64,000 bases of DNA from Alphaproteobacteria bacterium (GTDB lineage Bacteria; Pseudomonadota; Alphaproteobacteria; SHVV01), in assembly GCA_965261735.1 (NCBI GenBank), contig OZ253470.1, positions 1,024,001 through 1,088,000 of the forward strand. Reading direction: 5' to 3'. Positions within the stretch are counted from its first letter, which is position 1. Each line of letters starts with the position of its first letter. This document shows positions 29,293 through 38,658 of the stretch, piece by piece. Below the pieces are notes generated by a model. That model ran no database searches. It was given only the letters and a program-made list of their open reading frames with translations, and had not been told where the DNA came from. The position numbers and the translations under genes are program-made.

Positions 29293-29970
29293 ATGGGAGA
29301 GTTGATCAGCGTGCGGGCCGACGACGGGCACGAGCTTGGTGCCTACGAGGCGAAAGCGGCGCCGAGCAAGGGCCGCGTCGTGGTCATCATGGAGATCCTC
29401 GGCGTCAACCGGCACATCCGCAACGTTTGCGACCGCTTTGCGGCGGCCGGATACACCGCGGTGGCGCCGGCCATGTTCGACCGCATCGAACGCGGCGTCG
29501 ATCTCGACCTCGATGAGGAGGGAGCGTTCGAGAAGGGCGTGGCCCTGATGAATGCCCTGCACCCGGACCGGGTCGAGGAGGAGCTGCTCGACATCAAGGC
29601 GGCGGCCGACCATCTAGGCGGAGCCGGGGAGGTCGGTGTGGTCGGCTATTCCTATGGCGGCACCTTGTCGTGGTGGGCCGCCTGTCGCCTCGATCTCGGT
29701 TGTGCGTCGAGCTACTACGGCCGCATCGACGCGACCCTCGGGGCCGAGGTGCCGCGGTGTGCGACCATCTGTCACTTCGGCGCCAAGGACACGTCGATCC
29801 CGGTCGCCATGGCCGAGGCGCTACGCGTTCAGCGCCCCGACATCGGCGTCTACGTCTACGACGCCGACCACGCGTTCAACAACGACGACGCGGCAGAATA
29901 TTACGATAAGGCCGCAGCCGCCCTGGCCCTGGGCCGCACGCTCGAGTTGTTCGCCGAGAACCTGAAATAG
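29293..29970 (+). CDS. Dienelactone hydrolase family protein (nucleophile motif GYSYGG)
   Basis: EILGVN, HFGAKD, ADHAF motifs. Confidence 0.88.
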   Translation: MGELISVRADDGHELGAYEAKAAPSKGRVVVIMEILGVNRHIRNVCDRFAAAGYTAVAPAMFDRIERGVDLDLDEEGAFEKGVALMNALHPDRVEEELLDIKAAADHLGGAGEVGVVGYSYGGTLSWWAACRLDLGCASSYYGRIDATLGAEVPRCATICHFGAKDTSIPVAMAEALRVQRPDIGVYVYDADHAFNNDDAAEYYDKAAAALALGRTLELFAENLK

Positions 29971-30004
29971 GGGCCGCGGCCGTGCCGGTTAGGGCGCAGC
30001 CCCC

Positions 30005-31282
30005 ATGGAGCATATTGGCCTCGCAGCGGTTGGCTTCGCCATCCTGGCCTACGGCCTCGTCTCGAGGCGCCTTCAGACCACGATCCTCACCGGGCCCATC
30101 GTTTTCGTCGCTTTCGGCGTCCTCGTTGGGCCGCATGCGCTCGGGCTCGCCGACCTCGATGCCGAGCTTCCCGTCATCAAGGGGCTCGCCGAGCTCACCC
30201 TTGCGCTCATTCTTTTCACCGACGCCTCGCGGATCGATCTGCGGCTGCTCAGGCGCGAGCACGATCTGCCGTTGCGCATGCTCGCGATCGGCCTGCCCCT
30301 GACCATCGCCGCCGGTGCGGTGCTGGCGCTGCCGCTGTTCGGGGGGTTGGGGCTTCTCGGGGGCGCCCTGCTCGCGGCGATCCTGGCGCCCACCGATGCC
30401 GCGCTGGGCCAGGCGGTCGTCAGCAACGAGAGGGTGCCGCTGCGCATCCGCCAGACCCTAAACGTTGAGAGCGGCCTCAATGACGGCATCGCGCTCCCGT
30501 GCGTCCTGATCCTGATCTCGTTCGCCGGGATGATGGGCCACGCGGCCGATAAATCGGCCGCGTTCTGGATCCAGTTCGCGGCCCTCCAGATTGTGCTTGG
30601 GCCGCTCGTCGGGATCTTGGTCGGCTACGCCGGCGGCAAGCTCATCGAGGCGGCGGCGCGGCGGCGCTGGATCAGTGGGCCTTTCCTTCGGCTTTCGGCC
30701 CTGGGGCTGGCGCTCCTCGCCATGGCCGCGGCCGAGCTCGTCGGCGGCAACGGGTTCATCGCGGCGTTCACCGCCGGGCTGATGTTGGGCAACTTCACCG
30801 ACGACATCTGCGAAAGCCTGTACGAGTTCGGCGAGGCCGAGGGGCAGCTCCTCACCATGCTCACCTTCATCATCTTCGGCGCGGTGATGGTACCCCCGGC
30901 GGTGGCGGCTCTCGATTGGCGGATCGGCCTCTATGCCCTCCTCAGCCTCACGGTGGTGCGCATGGTGCCGGTATGGCTGAGCCTTCAGGGGACCGGACTG
31001 AGGGGGCCGAGCTTCCTGTTTCTCGGCTGGTTCGGCCCGCGCGGGATCGCGTCCATCCTCTTCGTGATACTAGTGCTGAGCGAGGCCTCCTTGCTCGGCG
31101 CCGGGACCATCGTCAACACGGTGACCGTGACCGTGCTCGCCAGCGTGATCCTGCACGGCATGAGCGCCTACCCGGCGGCCGCTTGGTATGGCCGCCTGGC
31201 AGCGCGAATGACGGCGGATGACGATCCCTGTCTGGAGGATAAGCCGGTGACGGCCATGCCCCTCAGGCAGGCGGCTCGCTAG
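30005..31282 (+). CDS. Cation:proton antiporter (CPA1/NhaP-like)
   Basis: LAPTDAALG, ESGLNDG, GWFGPRGIAS. Confidence 0.9.
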   Translation: MEHIGLAAVGFAILAYGLVSRRLQTTILTGPIVFVAFGVLVGPHALGLADLDAELPVIKGLAELTLALILFTDASRIDLRLLRREHDLPLRMLAIGLPLTIAAGAVLALPLFGGLGLLGGALLAAILAPTDAALGQAVVSNERVPLRIRQTLNVESGLNDGIALPCVLILISFAGMMGHAADKSAAFWIQFAALQIVLGPLVGILVGYAGGKLIEAAARRRWISGPFLRLSALGLALLAMAAAELVGGNGFIAAFTAGLMLGNFTDDICESLYEFGEAEGQLLTMLTFIIFGAVMVPPAVAALDWRIGLYALLSLTVVRMVPVWLSLQGTGLRGPSFLFLGWFGPRGIASILFVILVLSEASLLGAGTIVNTVTVTVLASVILHGMSAYPAAAWYGRLAARMTADDDPCLEDKPVTAMPLRQAAR

Positions 31283-31683
31283 CCGCCCGCCCCCTGCGGC
31301 CACAACTCGGCGTAGACGGTGTCGCTGAGCCCGGCGAGCGCTACCCTTAGGGTGGCGTGGCGCTCGCGCGCCGCCGCGCTGCCGACGGGCCGCGCCTCGG
31401 TGTCGAAGTCGTTGATCGAGATGTCGGTGACCTTGTCCATCGAAAACGCCTTGATCTCGTCGTGGAGCGGCGTCTCGACGTAGTTCATGTAGCTCTCGAC
31501 CGCGTCGAACACGCCGACGATGGCGTGGCTGTAGGCGCCCGCCTGATCGACCACGTTCTCGCAATAGTCGTAGCTGACCACGCCCGGGAGCGCGCGGAAC
31601 GCATCGGCGAAGTCGTGCAGTCGCTGGTGATAGGCCTGATCGACGGTGTCGTCGAAACGCAGCATGACGACGTGAATGTACAT
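31279..31683 (-). CDS. Dabb (stress-responsive A/B barrel) family protein
   Basis: MYIHVVMLRF...LPGV...YSHA...F...Y...P.H pattern. Confidence 0.7.
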   Translation of the reverse strand: MYIHVVMLRFDDTVDQAYHQRLHDFADAFRALPGVVSYDYCENVVDQAGAYSHAIVGVFDAVESYMNYVETPLHDEIKAFSMDKVTDISINDFDTEARPVGSAAARERHATLRVALAGLSDTVYAELWPQGAGG

Positions 31684-31707
31684 AGGGCCTTCCGCGCGCG
31701 GCGCGTG

Positions 31708-32856
31708 TCAGGACGTGGGGAACATGCGGTCGAGGTAGTGGTTGATGGCGTTGTGGATGCACCCCTCCATGCGCGCCATCGGGCCGGGCCGGAAGCGGCG
31801 CGAGGTCATGGCGCCCTGCAGCGAGATAACCATGTAGCGGTCCTCCTCCAGCACCTCGGTCATGTAGTCGCGGTAGATCTGCGCCTTGTCGGCGAAGTCG
31901 GGGCGCGCGAGGGACTCCGGAGCGAACAGGGCGTAGGTGATGAGCCGGCTCCGGGTGACGGAAAGCGGCCACACTACGATGACGTTGAACGTGTCGCAGT
32001 AGCCGAACATGTGCACGTTGGGCGCCAGGTGCCCCGTCGTGATGAAGCTCTCCGGCTTGTCCCTCATCCACGGCATGTGGCCGAGCGGCGAGCGGCCATC
32101 GGGCGACATCGGCGCACCGTCATAGACCATGCTGTAGCCGCCGTTGGCGAACAGGTTGTAGTTGTGGCGGTCGGCAGCGGCGTACGCGCCGAGCGTGGTC
32201 GAATGGAGCGCGGCGCCGTGATAGATGTCGAGCAAGTTCTCGACCGCTAGCTTCCAATTGCAGTCGAGCTCGATGTCGATCGTGTAGGCGAGGCGGCAAT
32301 CCTCCTGGCGTAGGTAGTCGAATGCCGCTGCATAGTCGGCGAGGAACGCCGAGAGCGGCGGCACTTGCTCGTTGAAGGCGACGAATATCCAGCCGCCCCA
32401 GGTATCGCACCGCAGGCGTGGGAGCGAGCAGCGCGTAGCATCGAAACCCTCGGCCCCGGTCATCTGCGGGGCCCCCATCAGCCGACCGGTGAGGTCGTAG
32501 GTCCAGCCGTGGTAGGGGCAGCGGAAGCTGGCAGTATTGCCGCGGCCCTGGGCAACGGCGACGCCGCGATGGCGGCACACGTTGGCGAAGGCGCCGATCG
32601 CGCCGCCACCGTCCCGGGCGACGATCAGGGGCTCGTCGAGCACGCTGAGCGTGAGGTAGTCGCCCGGGTTCTCGATCTCCTCGACGCGGCCGACGCAGAG
32701 CCAGTCGGTCAGGAAGATTCTGTGCTTCTCCTGCGCCAGGATGTCTGGTGAGGCGTAAATGGTGCCCGGCATGTGGCGCGCACGTGGCAACGGTCCGCGG
32801 GTGCGCGCGAGTTCCGGCCGGAGGTCGTGCTGCTCGTTATCGTGATCGAGCGCCAT
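31708..32856 (-). CDS. Rieske non-heme iron oxygenase alpha subunit (choline monooxygenase-like)
   Basis: CRHRG/CPYHGW Rieske ligands, NWK..EN..D.YH....H and EED iron ligands. Confidence 0.9.
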   Translation of the reverse strand: MALDHDNEQHDLRPELARTRGPLPRARHMPGTIYASPDILAQEKHRIFLTDWLCVGRVEEIENPGDYLTLSVLDEPLIVARDGGGAIGAFANVCRHRGVAVAQGRGNTASFRCPYHGWTYDLTGRLMGAPQMTGAEGFDATRCSLPRLRCDTWGGWIFVAFNEQVPPLSAFLADYAAAFDYLRQEDCRLAYTIDIELDCNWKLAVENLLDIYHGAALHSTTLGAYAAADRHNYNLFANGGYSMVYDGAPMSPDGRSPLGHMPWMRDKPESFITTGHLAPNVHMFGYCDTFNVIVVWPLSVTRSRLITYALFAPESLARPDFADKAQIYRDYMTEVLEEDRYMVISLQGAMTSRRFRPGPMARMEGCIHNAINHYLDRMFPTS

Positions 32857-32952
32857 GATGTTCTCCGCGCTTGGCTACCTGTCGCCCAATTCTAGGGCGA
32901 GCGGCGGCCGCACCGCAACGCTGCCGGAGGAAACCCGGCCGGGGCAGCCAAG

Positions 32953-33026
32953 TGTCGGCGTGCTTTACAGTAGTAAAAACGCTGAATTCCGCGGTTCCCA
33001 GGCTATGACTGTCTGGATTCTTTACA
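32953..33026 (+). promoter_or_regulatory. Two TGT-N11-ACA enhancer sites (putative PrsR / PEP-CTERM boxes)
   Basis: TGTCGGCGTGCTTTACA at 32953-32969 and TGTCTGGATTCTTTACA at 33010-33026. Confidence 0.65.
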
Positions 33027-33044
33027 TCTTTACGATGCGTTAAC

Positions 33045-34149
33045 CTTGCCTATCCGGTTAACGCCCATGACCGCTACATGTAGGGTGCCGCCACTCTCCC
33101 GAGTAAAGCTCGGCATAGGTTGGAGCAGAGGTGTCGCCCGCGATGCCGAGCAATGAGCGGAAGGCGTTGAACGGGTAGAACCGCCTGTTGAAGCGGAAGG
33201 TGAACTCGTTGAGGTAGGCTTGTAGGTGCTGGTGGCTAACGCCGTGGTGGATACCGATCAGCCACGTCTTCAGGTTGGCGAAAACCAGATGGATGATCGG
33301 CAGGTATTGCTCGGCAACCTCTGGATCACCACACTCGGCAACAGCGAAGTGCTCATAGCCGCGCTTCCCGAGGCCAGCATAGCCGCTCCAATCGTCAGTA
33401 ACGATCAGCGATCGCGGCGCGACGGTGCTCTCGACGAACCCACAGAGCGACTCGGCGCTACGGTCGAGCACGACGGCGAGCCGAACGCGTCCGGCATAGC
33501 GTCCGTCTTTCCGGTTGTCGAGCTTGGTGCCCGGCTTTCGATGACGCACCTCGATGGCACAGGAGACGGGAACCTTGTGGTGAACACCACGGCCTTCCCC
33601 ACGCGTTCGCCCGCCAACCCAGGTTTCGTCCACCTCAACATGGTTCTTGGGCTGTCCACCGATCCTGTCTTGGTTGGGCCGCACCATGCCCGAGCGGAGC
33701 TTGTGGAGAATTTGAAAGGCCGTCTCGTAGCGCGAAAGACCAAGTTGCCGCTGAAACTGCACGGCGGACATGCCGGGCGTCTGACTGGCGACCAGATAAG
33801 CGGCCCAGAACCAGACGTTCAGCGGAGTGTGGCTACGCTCCATCACTGTTCCCACCGTCAGCCCGGTGTTCTGGCGGCACTTGCGGCAGCGCAGGACGCC
33901 AGGGCGGTTTTCAAAGTGGAACGGCTCTCCCGCCGTGCCGCAGTGCGGGCAGGCAAAGCCGTCTCCCCAGCGGGCTTTCTCCAGGTAGGCGGCGCAGGCC
34001 GCATCATCGGGGAAAAGTCGCTGGAACTCGGGTAGCGAATGCGGGAATGGGAGATCGGCGCGGTCGAGAACATCCATGGCGCGCTCCCCTATATCCGGGT
34101 TGCGCCCATTCTAGCCCTAGTGGGTGTGGGTGTAACCCGGATAGGCAAG
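33045..34149 (-). mobile_element. IS1595-family element (ISSod11-like DDHK), intact; transposase 33058-34077
   Basis: Terminal IRs CTTGCCTATCCGG; 8-bp TSD GCGTTAAC (33037-44 / 34150-57); Zn ribbon CPHC..CRKC, VDET, TDDW, YLNEF.FRFNRR. Confidence 0.95.
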
Positions 34150-34170
34150 GCGTTAACCATGAGCGTCTCG

Positions 34171-34218
34171 TAACTCATTGAAAAAACAGACAAAAGAAAC
34201 CTGGCTTGGTTCTTGCTA
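34171..34218 (+). promoter_or_regulatory. Sigma54 -24/-12 promoter with adjacent IHF-like site
   Basis: TGGCTTGGTTCTTGCT (GG-N10-GC) at 34202-34217. Minus-strand TTTCAATGAGTTA at 34171-34183 is one mismatch from WATCAANNNNTTR. Confidence 0.7.
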
Positions 34219-34290
34219 ACGTTTTCACGGCGGGGCCGCGCGATGAGTGGGTCCCGGTGCCTCGAAACGCGGCTTGGAGCGGTCAGGTTG

Positions 34291-35406
34291 ATGTCAAGGA
34301 CGGGATTATCGGGTGCCGCCGCCCTGGCGTCCGCTTTTTGCGCGCCCCGGAGACTGTTGGTGGGCGGCGCGGCGTTGCTCGCACTGGCGGCGAGCGGCCC
34401 GGCCGAGGCCTTGATCATCAACATCAATCCTGGGGCCGGGCTTACGGGTACGGCGCTGACGGCCTTCAACGACGCCGCAGGGCTGTGGGAGGATATCTTC
34501 ACCCATCCCGTTACCGTAAACATCGATGCCAACTTGGCGCCGCTGAGCCCCAGCGTCATCGGCACAGCGAGCTCGGTCGTCCTCGTAGGGCCCTACGACC
34601 TCATCGCCGACGCCATGCGCGCCGATGCGGCCGCTGAGCCTGACGACGGTGTCGTCGCCTCTCTCCCCACCTCCGGACAATTTAGCGCCTTCGTGCCCAC
34701 CGGCTTCGGTCTTTCGGGCAGTCTGGGTGCTAGCAAGGCAAACCTGAAGGCGATGGGCTTCTCGGGCCTCGACGCCTTTCCGTTCACTCCCCTCGACGCC
34801 ACCATCACCTTCAACAGCAATTTCGCCTTCGATTTCGATAACAGCGACGGGGTCGGCGCCGGATTGCTCGATTTCACGACCGTGGCCGCGCACGAGGTCG
34901 GCCATGCGCTCGGCTTCCTGTCGATCGTCGACCGCATAGATTCCCTAGTGGACCAGAACTTGATCGAAAACGTGAATCCTCGAGCTCTCGATCTGTTCCG
35001 CTTCGGCTTCGATGCGGATGGATTTGAAAACCCGTCGACACTCACGAACTTCACCAACTTTGGGCGCAATCTGGTTCCCGGCGTGGGTCTCGACAGGCGG
35101 GCGTTTTTTGACGACCTGTCCGCCGAGTTTCTGATGTCGACAGGGGTTAGCCAGGGCGACGGCCGGCAGGCGAGCCACTGGAGGGACAACGGCATCACCG
35201 GCACTCTCATCGGGGTGATGGATCCGACCCTGGCGACGAGCCAGGTCTTCCCGATCAAGGCGTCCGACATTCGCGCGCTGGACGTGATCGGCTGGGACCA
35301 TGTGGCCGCCCCTGAGCCCGCCGCCATCCTGTTGTTGGGCTTTGGCTTGGGTGCCTTCGCCATGATGTGGCGTCGCCGGCCGCGCCGTGCGATGGCCCGA
35401 CGCTAG
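34291..35406 (+). CDS. PEP-CTERM-sorted zinc metalloprotease (NF038122-like)
   Basis: Signal peptide ending AEA, HEVGHALG, QASHW, C-terminal APEP + hydrophobic helix + RRR. Start codon uncertain (34243 or 34291). Confidence 0.85.
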   Translation: MSRTGLSGAAALASAFCAPRRLLVGGAALLALAASGPAEALIININPGAGLTGTALTAFNDAAGLWEDIFTHPVTVNIDANLAPLSPSVIGTASSVVLVGPYDLIADAMRADAAAEPDDGVVASLPTSGQFSAFVPTGFGLSGSLGASKANLKAMGFSGLDAFPFTPLDATITFNSNFAFDFDNSDGVGAGLLDFTTVAAHEVGHALGFLSIVDRIDSLVDQNLIENVNPRALDLFRFGFDADGFENPSTLTNFTNFGRNLVPGVGLDRRAFFDDLSAEFLMSTGVSQGDGRQASHWRDNGITGTLIGVMDPTLATSQVFPIKASDIRALDVIGWDHVAAPEPAAILLLGFGLGAFAMMWRRRPRRAMARR

Positions 35407-36106
35407 CAGCCATCGCAGGCGGCGCGCGCCGCCCCTTCACGACTCCTCCGCCGCAGTGCTAGGCTCCGCGAACTCGCGGCCGCGGAGCATCACCCTGTCT
35501 CACCGAAGTATTCTGGTAGCCATCGTCGTGGGCGTCGGCGTCCTCCTCGCCGCCGCCCTTTGGCTAGTCGTGCCCGGCGCCCCGTCGCAAGACCACGAGC
35601 ACCGGCAGGCGACGCAGGCCGCCCTCGTGGGCGGGCCCTTCTCGCTTGTCGATCATACCGGGCGTGTCGTGACCGATGCCGACTTCCGCGGCACCCACAC
35701 GCTCGTGTTTTTCGGTTTCGCCTCGTGCACCGACGTGTGCCCAACGACGCTCACCGAGATCACTGGTGCCCTCGATCTTCTTGGCGAGTTGGAGAGTCGC
35801 GTGCAGCCGCTGTTCATCACCGTCGATCCCGCGCGCGATACGGTGGAGGCGTTGGCGGCTTACGTCGAGAATTTCCATCCACGGTTGCTCGGCCTTACCG
35901 GGAGCCCGGCCGAGGTCGACCGCGCGGCCGAGGCCTATCGCGTCTACTACGCCAAGGTGCCGCTCGAGGGCGAGGACTACCAGATGGACCACACCGCCGT
36001 CGTCTACCTGATGGGCCCGGAAGGCCAGTACCTCACGCACTTCACCGCCCACGCGCAGGCTCCGAAGATCGCGGAAAAGATCCGCCGCCACCTCGACCAT
36101 AGCTAA
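35387..36106 (+). CDS. SCO family copper chaperone
   Basis: GGPFSL, CTDVC, ITVDPARD, MDH. True start probably near 35495. Confidence 0.88.
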   Translation: MRWPDASSHRRRRAPPLHDSSAAVLGSANSRPRSITLSHRSILVAIVVGVGVLLAAALWLVVPGAPSQDHEHRQATQAALVGGPFSLVDHTGRVVTDADFRGTHTLVFFGFASCTDVCPTTLTEITGALDLLGELESRVQPLFITVDPARDTVEALAAYVENFHPRLLGLTGSPAEVDRAAEAYRVYYAKVPLEGEDYQMDHTAVVYLMGPEGQYLTHFTAHAQAPKIAEKIRRHLDHS

Positions 36107-36196
36107 CCTGCCAAGGCAGGGGCGACAGTGCCCCCGGCTTTTGCCGATGGCGCCCAGCGGTATACACTGCGCCCTTCAAGAACACGGAGGATCGCC

Positions 36197-37651
36197 ATGA
36201 CGCAGGCAACCGCTATCGATCGCACCGGCGCCGCGGCGACACGGCTTACCGAGCCACTCGCCGAGTGGGTCTCGGGCCTCGCGCCGGGCGAACTCCCGGC
36301 GACCACGCGCCATGCGGTGCGGCTTTTCATTCTCGACACGCTGGGCGCCGCCCTCTACGGCCGGAATCGGCCGTGGGCGCAGGCGGTGCGGGGTTGGGCC
36401 GCGCGCGGCGCCGTACGGCCGGGCGAGGGCGCACCGGCGTCGGCCTGGGGCGAGGCGCCGCCCGATTTGCGGCCGAGCGATGCCGCGCTCGTCAACGGGA
36501 CCGCCGCCCACGCCTTCGAGCTCGACGACTTCCACAAGTCCAAGATACATCCGGGAGCCGTGGTGGTGCCCGCGGCGATCGCGCTCGGCGAGGCGGTCGA
36601 TGCATCCGGCGCCGCCCTCGAAACGGCTATCGCGGCGGGGTACGAGGTCATGATCCGTACCAGTCTTGCGCTCAACCCCGGGGCTGCACGGCTGCGTGGC
36701 TGGCACCTCACCGGCATCACCGGGCCGCTCGGCGCGGCCGCCGCGGGCGCCGTGCTGCTCGGCCTCGATGCCAGGGCCACGGCCTGGGCGCTCGGACTGG
36801 GGGGTAGCCAGGGAGCGGGTCTCTTCGCCTTCATTGCCGATGGCGCCATGAGCAAGCGCCTGCACGCGGGGCTCGCGGCGCAGTCCGGCGTGCTCGCCGC
36901 CGAGTTCGCCGCCCTGGGCATTACCGGTCCGACACAGGTCTATGAGGCCGAGGATGGCGGCTACCTCCAGGCCTTCTCCGACAACATTCGCCCCGATCGC
37001 TTGCTCGACGGCCTCGGCGTGCACTTCCACCTCGACGACACCGTGTTCAAGCCGCACGCGTGCTGCGGCAGTCTCCACGCCTACGTCGACGCGGCGCTTC
37101 AGTTGCGTGCGCGGAACGGCGGACCGCCGGCGGCGGGGCGCCGCGTGCGCGCCGGCATGAGCCACCTCGTCGACCTGCAGTGCGGCTTCGACTACAACCC
37201 CGGCACCGAGCTCAACGGGCAGATGAGCGCCCGCTACTGCGTTGCCGCGGCGCTCGTCGATGGGGCCGTGCTGCCGCCACAGTTCGCGCCGCAAAAGCTC
37301 GCGGACACGGAGATCGTGGAGCTCGCCCGGCGCATCGAGCTGGTGCCGGATTCAGAGCTCGATCGGGTCTATCCCGAGCGCTTCTCCGGGTGGGTCGAAA
37401 TCGAGGACGCGGCGGGTGGGTTTGAGCGCGCGGACATCGCCAGCCCGTCGGGGTCGAGCACGAACGCGGGCCGCGACGCGGCGCTGCTCGCCAAGTTTCG
37501 CGCCCTTGCCGGGGCGTCGCTCGGGGGGGACGCCGAAACATCGACCGAGGCGCTTACGCTCAACCTCGATGCTACGTCGACCCGCGAACTCGCGCGCAGC
37601 CTTGCCGGCGGCGCCGCCGACGCGGACGGCTCCGGCTCGCTGGGCGCTTGA
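36197..37651 (+). CDS. MmgE/PrpD family protein
   Basis: NGTAAHAFELDDFH, IHPG, KRLHAG, FKPHACC. Confidence 0.88.
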   Translation: MTQATAIDRTGAAATRLTEPLAEWVSGLAPGELPATTRHAVRLFILDTLGAALYGRNRPWAQAVRGWAARGAVRPGEGAPASAWGEAPPDLRPSDAALVNGTAAHAFELDDFHKSKIHPGAVVVPAAIALGEAVDASGAALETAIAAGYEVMIRTSLALNPGAARLRGWHLTGITGPLGAAAAGAVLLGLDARATAWALGLGGSQGAGLFAFIADGAMSKRLHAGLAAQSGVLAAEFAALGITGPTQVYEAEDGGYLQAFSDNIRPDRLLDGLGVHFHLDDTVFKPHACCGSLHAYVDAALQLRARNGGPPAAGRRVRAGMSHLVDLQCGFDYNPGTELNGQMSARYCVAAALVDGAVLPPQFAPQKLADTEIVELARRIELVPDSELDRVYPERFSGWVEIEDAAGGFERADIASPSGSSTNAGRDAALLAKFRALAGASLGGDAETSTEALTLNLDATSTRELARSLAGGAADADGSGSLGA

Positions 37652-37658
37652 CGCGAGC

Positions 37659-38658
37659 CTACTTCCAGCAGCCGATGCGGGCGACGAAGGGCCGCGACAG
37701 GTCGAGCAGCCGGTCTTGGGGTACGGCCGATCCAGTGGCGGCCGTCTGATAGGTCACGTCGTGGCGGTCGAGCATCCGGAATAGGATCGGGTTTCGGACC
37801 ACGAACCCGATATCGCGCACGACCTTGCCGGTGTTCTGGAAGAATCCCGGCGTGTCGATCTTGGCGAAGATGACGCCAATCACGTGGCCACTGTCGTTGA
37901 GAACGGGGCCGCCGCTGTTCCCGGGGCGCACCTTGGCCTTGATCTGGAAAAGGGTCGGCGGAATGTTGGAGATCCCACCATCGGAATCGGTCGTGAACCC
38001 GGCGGTAAGAACGGCTTCAGCGGCGCCATCCCCTGGGTCGGATAGCCGATCACGGCGACCGGCCGGCCCGAATCGAGGTCGGCGGGACTACGAAACGTCG
38101 CCGTTGCCGGCGGTGGCAGTTTTGTCCGCAGCAGCGCGAGGTCGTTGCGCACATCTGTGTCGATGAGATCGGCCGTGGCAATGGGCCGCCGTGGCGGAGA
38201 TGATCTCGCAGCCGTCGATGACGTGGTTGTTGGTGACGATATGGCCGTCCGGCGCGACGAAGAAGCCGGTACCGATGCTCGCCAGCTTCTTTCCCGGCGC
38301 TACCGGTGGCGGCCCGCCCTTGAGGGCCTTCTGGATGCGGCTGATGCGGCGCTTCCTGATCGTGGCCGGCTTCCTTGTCCGACACGACCCTGCCCTTGCA
38401 GTCGCCGGCGAGCTTGTGCGACAGCGCGATCAACGCGGCGGCGCCGACACCGGCGATGGCCGCCGGCAAGAGCCAACGTGGCGCCGCGCGGTCTGCGCCC
38501 GTCGCTTCGCTGCCTTGCGCCCGGCCCCCCCCCCGCGCCAGCTGGACAACACCCGCGCGCTCCTGGCACACCGGATCCGGCCCCTGCGCACCACTCCCGG
38601 CGCGGCCGATCTCGGGCGCCGCGTCGACCGCGAGCGACTCACTCGCGCGTCGCCTCAT
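37659..38658 (-). pseudogene. Trypsin-like serine protease, several frameshifts
   Basis: GTGFFV..TNNHV, DLALL and GNSGGP lie in different frames; a C10 run sits near 38525. Confidence 0.78.
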
